From a virus: DNA of 64,000 bases. Below are positions 16,697-24,687 of this stretch, in pieces; the stretch's first letter is position 1; each line of letters opens with the position of its first letter. The DNA is taken from positions 627 to 64,626 of the IMG/VR virus record IMGVR_UViG_3300025009_000089. The stretch is one strand, 5' to 3'. The notes beneath the pieces are model-generated. The model had not been told where the DNA came from, made no database searches, and saw nothing but the letters and a program-made list of their open reading frames with translations. A program made the position numbers and the translations under genes.

Positions 16697-18250
16697 ATGG
16701 TAATGAAATACAAAGGCAAGACTCTGACCACCGAACAAGAAGCGCACGTTAACACAATTCTTGATGGCAACAATTATGCAATCCAGGCCCCACCAGGTTC
16801 TGGAAAGACCTTCTTGTTGCTCGCAATGGCGCGCAAAATGTCAGGATATGGACTATCCATCTCATTTAACAAACTACTGGCTCAAGAGGCAGCAACCAAG
16901 TTTTCCAGTAACATAATGTGCAAGACCGGCCATGCCTTAGCCTACGGAACCATTGGTTACAAGTACAAAAAGAAGCTCAGCAAATTGACAGGCAAACAAC
17001 TAGCTGATACTTTCGACATTGGAGAATGGCAGTTATATAATAGTCCAGCCAACAAAGGTTACTTAATTCTCAATACGATCCGTAAGTACTGTTACTCTAG
17101 TGACGAAGTTATTCAGTATAAGCATTTGCCTCGACTAACAATCTTGCAAGATACTGACCTGGATATTATGCGTGAAGATTTGGTGCAATACGCAAATCTG
17201 GTATTCAACGAAATGGCCGATACAAACAAGCCTATGCCAATTACCCATGATGTTTATCTGAAAATCTGGGCATTAACAAACCCAATCATTAACAAAGACT
17301 TCATCTTCTTTGACGAATACCAAGATAGCAACCCAGTCATTGCACAGATTATCAAGAATCAATCTTGCCAAAAGATTTTCGTTGGCGACTGTTTCCAACA
17401 AATCTACAGTTGGCGTGGTGCCGTTAATGCACTTCAAGATGACAATCTGGCAAAGCTCTACATCACTAGAAGTTTCCGTTTCGGTGAAAACATTGCAAGT
17501 ATGACAAACACCATAATTACTGGCTATTATCCATATCAATTCGAGTATGTTCCATTTCATGGTAACGATGATGTTACCTCATCTATCCATTATGAGCCAC
17601 TTCCAAGCGTAGACGCTATCCTCTGCCGGACAAACAAAGGAATTATTGCAGAAACAATCGAAGCGCTTGGCAAAAATCTTTCTGTCCATATCCTTGGTGG
17701 GACTCAACAACTTACATATCTTATCAACTCTATAATTCAACTCAAATTGCAGGGATATTCAAATCATCCAGATCTATTCCTTTTTAAGAACTTTATCGAT
17801 CTAGTTGAATATTCCAATTCTCCGATGGGCGGAGACATTAAACCCATCCTAAAGTTAATCGAACTCTATGGCAGGGAAAGATTGCTATCTATTTTGGAAT
17901 CCACTGTGGAAGATCCAAACGAAGCCGACGTTACCATAACTACAGCTCATAAAGCAAAAGGTTTGGAATGGCCTAGAGTGAGACTGGCTAATGATTTTAA
18001 AGTTCCATCTGATCAGGGGAATCCCACAACTGAAGAAACCAACATATTATATGTAGCTGCCAGTCGGGCACTTCACCAACTCGATGTAAGCAAATGCGAG
18101 GCTTGCTGGCCTCATACTTTTGACAAGGCCCGCAAGGTTGCATATGAACAATGGCAAGTAGATCAAATGAGTAAAAGAGATATTAATACTATGTTTAAAG
18201 ATGTTGTTGGTAAGCATATCAATGAACTTGAAAATGATGTTAAGTTTTAA
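16697..18250 (+). CDS. UvrD/Rep-like superfamily 1 helicase
   Basis: APPGSGKT, FFDEYQD, VGDCFQQIYSWRGA, SFRFG, TAHKAKGLEW, LYVAASRA. Confidence 0.9.
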   Translation: MVMKYKGKTLTTEQEAHVNTILDGNNYAIQAPPGSGKTFLLLAMARKMSGYGLSISFNKLLAQEAATKFSSNIMCKTGHALAYGTIGYKYKKKLSKLTGKQLADTFDIGEWQLYNSPANKGYLILNTIRKYCYSSDEVIQYKHLPRLTILQDTDLDIMREDLVQYANLVFNEMADTNKPMPITHDVYLKIWALTNPIINKDFIFFDEYQDSNPVIAQIIKNQSCQKIFVGDCFQQIYSWRGAVNALQDDNLAKLYITRSFRFGENIASMTNTIITGYYPYQFEYVPFHGNDDVTSSIHYEPLPSVDAILCRTNKGIIAETIEALGKNLSVHILGGTQQLTYLINSIIQLKLQGYSNHPDLFLFKNFIDLVEYSNSPMGGDIKPILKLIELYGRERLLSILESTVEDPNEADVTITTAHKAKGLEWPRVRLANDFKVPSDQGNPTTEETNILYVAASRALHQLDVSKCEACWPHTFDKARKVAYEQWQVDQMSKRDINTMFKDVVGKHINELENDVKF

Positions 18251-18264
18251 GGAGGATCATTAAT

Positions 18265-18465
18265 ATGAAAAATATAAGTTTATGGGTGTTTGGTGAAATT
18301 GCAGTAATAGGATTAATTTTAGGGTTAATTTTAATTTTTATGTATATGGCAAGTATTCTCAACTCAACTACTTTACAAACACAAGTAATAAATCCAAAAG
18401 CAGATGTGGAGTGTGTAGTTGTGAATGCGGCTAGTTCTATTTCTGTTGATTGCTGGAAAAAGTAA
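18265..18465 (+). CDS. Small membrane protein
   Basis: GGAGG SD; N-terminal hydrophobic helix. Confidence 0.6.
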   Translation: MKNISLWVFGEIAVIGLILGLILIFMYMASILNSTTLQTQVINPKADVECVVVNAASSISVDCWKK

Positions 18466-18491
18466 TATTGAAATTTAATGAGGCCTAACCT

Positions 18492-18665
18492 ATGAACAAA
18501 CGACAACTAAAGAAAATAATCACCTTATATAAAGAAGGCTTATCTTGTGAAATCTGCCTATCTGTTATGCTTGACCTTATGCGAGGTAAAAGCCCTATTG
18601 AGAAAGCAATGGCAATTCATACTTTTTATGAATCAATATTTATGCTAACTAAGAAGGAGGCTTAA
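18492..18665 (+). CDS. Hypothetical protein (57 aa)
   Basis: Hand translation; below the track cut-off. Confidence 0.4.
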   Translation: MNKRQLKKIITLYKEGLSCEICLSVMLDLMRGKSPIEKAMAIHTFYESIFMLTKKEA

Positions 18666-18851
18666 AAGGTGATCAAACGCAAATTCTTGCCAGAACTCCT
18701 CGGAATGAACCTTTACCAGACTTCTTGCGGCGAATGTTTTTATGCCTGGAATCATAAACATGCCATTAATAAAAGGCCAAACGAACTGATTTATTTTGTT
18801 ACAGACGTTGGAAAAAGAATATTGATTATTAACAAATAAACTAGAGTAAAT

Positions 18852-19112
18852 ATGGATAAAGACAAAATAATAGATTTGACTATTAAGCTCCTTTTTTGGG
18901 CTGTTATAATATTCTTTGTAGCTAAAGCCGATTTAGAAAAGAATAAGATGATAGCCGAACTGCAAGAAAGAGCAAATCTTGTGCCTGTCATAACTGTTGA
19001 TACCCTAGGAATTTGTAAAGTAACTCAAGGAGGCAAAACATACATGCTGATTGATGTTACTAATGAAACGAAAGCACTTGAGGAAGTTAAACAAAACACT
19101 GCTACGGAATAG
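18852..19112 (+). CDS. Small membrane-anchored protein
   Basis: Hydrophobic LLFWAVIIFFVA near the N-terminus. Confidence 0.55.
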   Translation: MDKDKIIDLTIKLLFWAVIIFFVAKADLEKNKMIAELQERANLVPVITVDTLGICKVTQGGKTYMLIDVTNETKALEEVKQNTATE

Positions 19113-19380
19113 GAGAAATAAATTATGAAAAAGCGATACAATGCACTAGCAATAATTTACATAATCAAAAGACGTATGTTTGAACATTATCAAATAATAA
19201 GAATATAAATTAATATCTAACCAAGAGGAGAAATAATGTGCGAAAGATTACTCGAATACTTCATGCTTTTCTTACTCGCTTGCGTAACATTCAGTCTTTT
19301 TTTACGCGAAAAAGTAAAAGCTCTTACGATCAGGATAGGAAAATAATGCGAATAGCCAGACTACATATTTGGAGGGTAAA

Positions 19381-19539
19381 ATGAATAACATAAAAAATAC
19401 TTTAATCTTCCTCGCATCTTTTATAGTTATAGGATTATTTGTCCTTCTTATTGATCAATTGTACCCCACACCTCCGATTGATCAAGCAGTTTTGCAACCG
19501 TTTTCTAATAGAAATGTTCTTACCAGTTTGGATAAATAA
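19381..19539 (+). CDS. Small membrane protein (52 aa)
   Basis: GGAGG SD; hand translation MNNIKNTLIFLASFIVIGLFVLLID... Confidence 0.5.
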   Translation: MNNIKNTLIFLASFIVIGLFVLLIDQLYPTPPIDQAVLQPFSNRNVLTSLDK

Positions 19540-19617
19540 CTTGGCTTTACCTATAGATTGAGTAAGTATTTAAGGATTTTATTAAATAGTAAAAGGTCAA
19601 AAAAGTGAAAAGAGTAG

Positions 19618-19646
19618 TTGACAAAGCACCGGGTTCCGGTTATAGT
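19618..19646 (+). promoter_or_regulatory. Near-consensus sigma70 promoter
   Basis: TTGACA-N17-TATAGT, upstream of the HNH and the recombination genes. Confidence 0.75.
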
Positions 19647-19701
19647 GGGGGGAACAAATTACGGCAAACGACTATAAACCTTTAGCCCAAAAAAGCCACC
19701 C

Positions 19702-20370
19702 ATGAGTAAGCTACTGATAACTGATAAAAGCTTTATAACTGATAAACAAATATACAATGCTTTCCATGAAAAATATATTTGTCTTCCAGATATTGGCCTT
19801 TTAATATCTAAGGAAACTTTAACCTTAGTTGGGGCATTAAATGATGATGGTTATATTAAGACTTCATTTAAAGAAAAGAGTTTTGGTGTGCATCAAATAA
19901 TTTTTTGTATGTTTCATGGATATATTCCAAAAATAATAGATCATATTAATCGCAACAGAGCAGATAATAGAATTGAAAATTTACGAGAAATTTCTGCGAC
20001 TGGAAATATGATAAATAAAGATGTAAATAAAAAAAAGCCTTTAGGTATTAAAGGAGTTAATTGGGAACGCAATGATAAGCGTTGGAGAGTTACTATTCGT
20101 TATAATAATAAATTAGTTCATATTGGAAGCTTTAAAAACTTTTTAAATGCTGTAAGAGCTAGGCATTATGCTGAGCATCAATTTGGATACGATGAATATG
20201 ATATAGTCAGTGCTGCTCAAAAGTATCTAATGTGGATTGGTAAGTTTTCTTTTAGTACTAATATTAAATTAGAGGAGGAAAATAAATACAATAAAGATTC
20301 AATTAAGAATGAATGGGATTTTTTCTTACTAACAAAAAAACAAAAAATTGATAACCTTATTAAAAAGTAG
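19702..20370 (+). mobile_element. Free-standing HNH homing endonuclease
   Basis: VHQIIF.MFHGYIP..IDHINRNRADNRIENLRE; AP2-like GIKGV.W....RW...I....K..HIGSF; AT-rich. Confidence 0.85.
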
Positions 20371-20428
20371 TTTGCACCAAGTCGGGCATGTCGCCCATTC
20401 TACAAACCCCTAATTAGGAGAATCAAAA

Positions 20429-20791
20429 ATGAGCATGATCAAAGTAGTTAGCAACCAGGCATCTCGTGAGATTACCGTAACTGAGCCGGCAGTCCTCAAC
20501 CTCGGAACTATCGAGGAAATGGTACAGGCTCTCGGTGAGGATCTTACCGTGAACATGATCAAGAACCAGCTGAAGGTCAGTTTCCGGGCAGTTATTCGGC
20601 GTAAACTTGAAGAGAAAGACGACAATAACGAGTTCAGCAACACTGATGAAGCCATCGTGGCTGAGGATTTCAGCGACTGGAAGCCGACCTTGCGCATTAC
20701 CAAGACTCCTGAGGAGAAAGCTCTGGAAGCTCTTGGTAATCTGCCTCCGGAAATTCGTGATGCAGTTCTGGCCCAGTTCAACAATCGGTAA
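20429..20791 (+). CDS. Hypothetical protein, probable paralog of 9351-9764
   Basis: AGGAG SD; C-terminal EEKALEALGNLPPEIRDAVL. Confidence 0.75.
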   Translation: MSMIKVVSNQASREITVTEPAVLNLGTIEEMVQALGEDLTVNMIKNQLKVSFRAVIRRKLEEKDDNNEFSNTDEAIVAEDFSDWKPTLRITKTPEEKALEALGNLPPEIRDAVLAQFNNR

Positions 20792-20819
20792 TCCTAACTC
20801 AGTTAATTAACCTTTTACT

Positions 20820-20905
20820 GCCGGAAACGCATTGGATAGCAAGTCCATGCGCACCATTCGACCTGAATTGACAGGTATCGCCAGCATGACGATGTTGGAA
20901 TCGGC
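20820..20905 (+). ncRNA. Candidate structured RNA (four-way junction)
   Basis: Closing GCCG/CGGC stem with three hairpins: CGCATTGGA/TCCATGCG, ACCTG/CAGGT and CCAGCAT/ATGTTGG; strand not proven. Confidence 0.45.
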
Positions 20906-20908
20906 TTC

Positions 20909-21910
20909 TTGGTAAAGTTCAACGAGAGGATTTCTCAAATGAATTTTTACGAAAAAATAGACTACAGTGCATTATCTACCTATCTCACGTGTCCACGCAG
21001 GTTCTTGTTCCAATATGTAATGAACCTCAAGCCAGCCGGACAATCAATACATCTTGTCTTCGGATCTTGTTGGCATTACGGCCTAGAAGCTACTTACAAC
21101 ATTCTAATTAAAGATTCTTCTCCATCTGTTCTTGATGCAACTGAAACTTCCATCAAAGCATTCCACAAGCTCTGGAAGCTTGATGGCGAACCATTTTGGA
21201 AAAACGAGGATGCAATCTTTCCAAAGTCTCCCGGCCATGCCGCAAACATGTACAAAGGCTATTGGGATCGCTTTCTCGTAAGTGATGTAAAAAATCGTTC
21301 AATCTTGGCTGTTGAAGCACCATTTTCTATTGACCTATCTACTAAAGGAACAAAGCTGCCAAATTATATAGGCCGCATCGACCTGATCTTTTCCAGCGGT
21401 GAAAACGGAATTGATATTCTCGACCACAAAACAGCGAAAGCTATCTACTCTACGACACCACAAACTTTTGAAATGTCATTCCAGTCAGACGGTTATCTAA
21501 CTGCTGGCAGAATTTTTTATGATAAAATCCCAACCATTACTTATCGAGTGGCTCTTTGTCAGAAAAGCAAAATTGACTTCGTCCCAATTACGATCAACAA
21601 ACGATCCGCTGCAATAGAACACTTCTTGTCTGATCTTTGTCATTATGCCGATGAGATTCAGCAAAACTTAAACCTACTTGAAGAAGATAAGATTAACTGC
21701 CGGGAACGCTCGGATGTGCTGCAATCCTTCCATCGCAATCCAGGCTATGCTTGTACGACATTTAGCTCAGTTTGTCCTTATTACGATCTTTGCAGACTCC
21801 GAAATAATCCGTTGCATTGGATGGAAAAAGCACCACAAGGATTTATTCATTCTGAATGGGACCCGGACAAACATGAGGCAAACACGAAGCAGAGGTTAAG
21901 TGAAGTCTAA
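20909..21910 (+). CDS. PD-(D/E)XK exonuclease (RecB/Cas4-like)
   Basis: YSALSTYLTCPRRF, GSCWHYGLE, GRIDLI, DHKT, terminal C..CPY...C cluster; the start is likely ATG 20940. Confidence 0.85.
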   Translation: MVKFNERISQMNFYEKIDYSALSTYLTCPRRFLFQYVMNLKPAGQSIHLVFGSCWHYGLEATYNILIKDSSPSVLDATETSIKAFHKLWKLDGEPFWKNEDAIFPKSPGHAANMYKGYWDRFLVSDVKNRSILAVEAPFSIDLSTKGTKLPNYIGRIDLIFSSGENGIDILDHKTAKAIYSTTPQTFEMSFQSDGYLTAGRIFYDKIPTITYRVALCQKSKIDFVPITINKRSAAIEHFLSDLCHYADEIQQNLNLLEEDKINCRERSDVLQSFHRNPGYACTTFSSVCPYYDLCRLRNNPLHWMEKAPQGFIHSEWDPDKHEANTKQRLSEV

Positions 21911-21936
21911 AATTAATTCATTTAAAGGAGTTTTAA

Positions 21937-22746
21937 ATGAACCCACCAAGTTCAGTTACACCAGAAAGTTTTCACAAAACAAAGCTGGCAGCTAAAAAAC
22001 GTATTTTTGATCTTAAATTTTTACTGACCGGAAACTCAGGTTCTGGAAAAACCCACTTCACAGCCACTTACACTAAAGGCCCACTTCATTATTATCTTTT
22101 CGACAAGGGAGGTGAAAAAACTGTTGAAAAAATCATGGGCAGTAGGAACGATATTACTATCGATAATTTCTCAGCCGACTCTTTACTCTTTTCTGATTTT
22201 TGGCGGACATTCCAGGAGGATGAAAAAAATGGTTTGTTTCAGTGGCTGAAGGAACAGTCAGGCATGTTAGTCCTTGACTCTTTGACGAATGCTAACAAGA
22301 AAGCAATTCATGAAATTGAAAAGAAAAGCGGCATTACTCCAAGTGGCATTGGTAAAAAGATCGACATGAAGATGGGCATGGCGCCTGCTCATTGGGGCCA
22401 ACTATTGAACTGGATGAGCACTTTGGTAAGTTCACTCCAGGAACTTCCTTGTGCAGTTGCAGTCACTGTCCATTTGCACACGCTTATGAATTCTGATCAA
22501 GAAGTAGTGGCAAGATATCCTGCAGTCAACGGTCAGTTCAGGCAGTTATTGGCTGCTGATTTTGATGAAGCATACTTGCTGACTACACAAGGAACGAAAC
22601 GACAAATCTTCTTTACTGAGAAACTTGCATTTGAAGCAAAGTCACGAGTGTTTGATATGCCAAAGGTTGAAGGAATATCAATGGATCAGCTTGCAAACGC
22701 ATATTTGGCAGGCAAAACAGTTATTCCACAATCCATCTCAGCTTAA
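21937..22746 (+). CDS. AAA ATPase, Sak4-like annealase candidate
   Basis: GNSGSGKT, LVLDSLT; lies between a PD-(D/E)XK nuclease and an SSB-like gene. Confidence 0.7.
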   Translation: MNPPSSVTPESFHKTKLAAKKRIFDLKFLLTGNSGSGKTHFTATYTKGPLHYYLFDKGGEKTVEKIMGSRNDITIDNFSADSLLFSDFWRTFQEDEKNGLFQWLKEQSGMLVLDSLTNANKKAIHEIEKKSGITPSGIGKKIDMKMGMAPAHWGQLLNWMSTLVSSLQELPCAVAVTVHLHTLMNSDQEVVARYPAVNGQFRQLLAADFDEAYLLTTQGTKRQIFFTEKLAFEAKSRVFDMPKVEGISMDQLANAYLAGKTVIPQSISA

Positions 22747-22763
22747 TTAAAGGAGTTTTAATT

Positions 22764-23048
22764 ATGAAAATTGGATTCAAACCAAAAACTTACAATGACG
22801 TTGTATGCTTTAATGTTGTTGATGATGTTATAAATGCAGATCAATTTATAACTGCCCTTTTTAGTGCTATTTCAGCAGAGTCAGAAAATAATCTTGACTT
22901 TGTTGTAACTGTAAATAGTAAAAAGGAGGCTGAAAAGGTCAAAGAAGATTTTTATCAAATAGTTGCAGATGAATTAAATATAACAAGAGAAGAAGCAAAG
23001 AAATCAATATTAAATATTCACTATAAAGGAGAAGATAAAACAGAATAA
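22764..23048 (+). CDS. Hypothetical protein
   Basis: AAGGAG SD; AT-rich. Confidence 0.55.
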   Translation: MKIGFKPKTYNDVVCFNVVDDVINADQFITALFSAISAESENNLDFVVTVNSKKEAEKVKEDFYQIVADELNITREEAKKSILNIHYKGEDKTE

Positions 23049-23148
23049 AACTAAAATAAAACAAATTAATCTAAACAAGCCAAACTAACTTTTGATCGAA
23101 GAATAGTTCTTTGGTCACGCATCAAAACTATCTAAAGGAGTATTAACT

Positions 23149-23571
23149 ATGTCTATGATTCCTAATCTGTCCGAAATTCCTGACAAAGCACCTGTTGAAG
23201 CTGGCGAGTATGACTTGACTATCTCTAAGGTCAAAGAGACCAAGTCTCAGCGCACAGGCAGGTATGGTTGTCAGCTGATTATTAACATCGACGGAGAAGA
23301 TAACGCTTCAACTATCTTTCACACTCTCTGGTATGGAAATTACAAAGATTATCAGGGCGACGATGAAGAAAAGAATAACTTGATGTGGAGAATGGTAAAA
23401 GATTTTCTCCGTGCACTTGGTCTTGATCCAGACCAGGAAACTGACGAATCTGATTTGGTTGGTCTGAACTTTACAGCTGAACTCAGTTTTAATGATGGCA
23501 TGAGCACAGACGATGATGGTAATCCGATCAAGGTTGGTCAGCCAAGGAATGAAATTGCAAGAGTCGTTTAA
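23149..23571 (+). CDS. SSB-like OB-fold protein (DUF669-like)
   Basis: PVEAGEYDLTI..V....S...G...C.L..., acidic; follows a Sak4-like ATPase. Confidence 0.65.
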   Translation: MSMIPNLSEIPDKAPVEAGEYDLTISKVKETKSQRTGRYGCQLIINIDGEDNASTIFHTLWYGNYKDYQGDDEEKNNLMWRMVKDFLRALGLDPDQETDESDLVGLNFTAELSFNDGMSTDDDGNPIKVGQPRNEIARVV

Positions 23572-23597
23572 TAACGGAGCTTTATGATCAAGTTTAA

Positions 23598-23702
23598 TTC
23601 GATATTAGAGTCTAGTTACCACTTTCAGTTAGCTAGGTTTGACATTGTCGGAACAATGTCATTCTGAACGAGGCGTTGATGTGACGCCTACAAGATATCG
23701 AA
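23598..23702 (+). ncRNA. Candidate structured RNA (four-way junction)
   Basis: TTCGATAT/ATATCGAA closing stem; inner CTAG../..CTAG, TGACATTGT-CGGA-ACAATGTCA and AGGCGT/ACGCCT hairpins. Confidence 0.55.
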
Positions 23703-23708
23703 AAAGAA

Positions 23709-23859
23709 AAGCTGGTGGCGAAATGGTAAACGCTAAGACAGATTAAATGAGTAGCGGCGAGCGAAAATTGCCTAGATACCTAATTAACTTCTTGTTATAG
23801 GGATGCATACCTAAAAAAAGGTACTTCAAACTCATACAGGTTCGAATCCTGTTCAGCTT
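23709..23859 (+). ncRNA. tRNA-like element with a 102-nt insert between D and T arms
   Basis: Acceptor AAGCTGG/TCAGCTT, U8, D arm GCG-AAATGGTAAA-CGC, T arm ACAGG-TTCGAAT-CCTGT; no canonical anticodon arm and no encoded CCA. Confidence 0.65.
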
Positions 23860-23871
23860 TTTAATATTAAC

Positions 23872-23930
23872 TTGTCGTTCAAATATGAACGTAACTTTTT
23901 TAAATAGTTTCGCAAGTATTTGAACGACAA
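23872..23930. repeat. Perfect 14-bp inverted repeat containing operator-like palindrome copy 3
   Basis: TTGTCGTTCAAATA / TATTTGAACGACAA followed by a T-rich tract; GTTCAAATATGAACG at 23877-23891. Confidence 0.65.
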
Positions 23931-24018
23931 CTTTTATTTTTATTTATCTTTACTAAGAATTAATCTGCTAAAATATTAATGTTTAGCAAAGATAAATATC
24001 TTACAAAGGAGACACATT

Positions 24019-24333
24019 ATGATGGATTTTACTAAAATAACAATTGGTTCAGAAGTTTATTATTCAGTTAGGCCAAATAGAAAAAATACAAATCCAAAAC
24101 CTCCAGTTAAATGTAAGGTAGTTTATATTTTTAAGGCATTTGAAATTCCAAAAACAGCTAAAGTTATTAAGTATTATGGAGAAATGGTAATTAATCCAAA
24201 ATATGCTTCTTTGTTTGGGCCAAATAAAAGTGATCGTATTGTATTAAAAAGAGGTAAAAAGGATTTTATAATTATTCCAGTTCATAATAATACTCTTTCC
24301 TGGATAGATTTAAAGTTAGTAGAAGCTAATTAA
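24019..24333 (+). CDS. Hypothetical basic protein
   Basis: AAGGAG SD; ORF track. Confidence 0.6.
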   Translation: MMDFTKITIGSEVYYSVRPNRKNTNPKPPVKCKVVYIFKAFEIPKTAKVIKYYGEMVINPKYASLFGPNKSDRIVLKRGKKDFIIIPVHNNTLSWIDLKLVEAN

Positions 24334-24343
24334 GGAGCTTATC

Positions 24344-24673
24344 ATGACTGACTATGAAAAATATCGTGGTAAATGTAAAGAATTTTCAGAAGAATTAATT
24401 AAAAAAGCTCCAAGTCTTAGATTAGTTCGAGGACATTACTATTGTCCGATATGGGGTAAGCAAGAACATTGGTGGTGTGAAGATAAGATTGGAAAGATAA
24501 TAGATCCAACGAAAGATCAATTTCCGTCAAAAGGAAATGGAGAATATATAGAATTTAATGGAATATGTATTTGTGCTGAATGTGGCACTGAAGTTAAAGA
24601 AGAAGATGCTATATTCATGTCAAGGTATCCTGTTTGTTCAGATAGTTGTGCTAGAGCTTTAGTTGGATTATAA
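24344..24673 (+). CDS. Cys-rich hypothetical protein
   Basis: GHYYCP.WG..EHWW...IIDPT..QF; C-terminal CAEC...CSDSC. Confidence 0.65.
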   Translation: MTDYEKYRGKCKEFSEELIKKAPSLRLVRGHYYCPIWGKQEHWWCEDKIGKIIDPTKDQFPSKGNGEYIEFNGICICAECGTEVKEEDAIFMSRYPVCSDSCARALVGL

Positions 24674-24687
24674 TAGAGAGGCTACCT

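Noticed and set aside
23709-23859. tmRNA, canonical tRNA or group I intron-containing tRNA-Leu
   Set aside because: No G3:U70 pair. The only short reading frame in the insert (GCG AAA ATT GCC TAG) is too short to be a credible tag. No 5-bp anticodon stem with a 7-nt loop can be formed, and 102 nt is far too short for a group I intron core.
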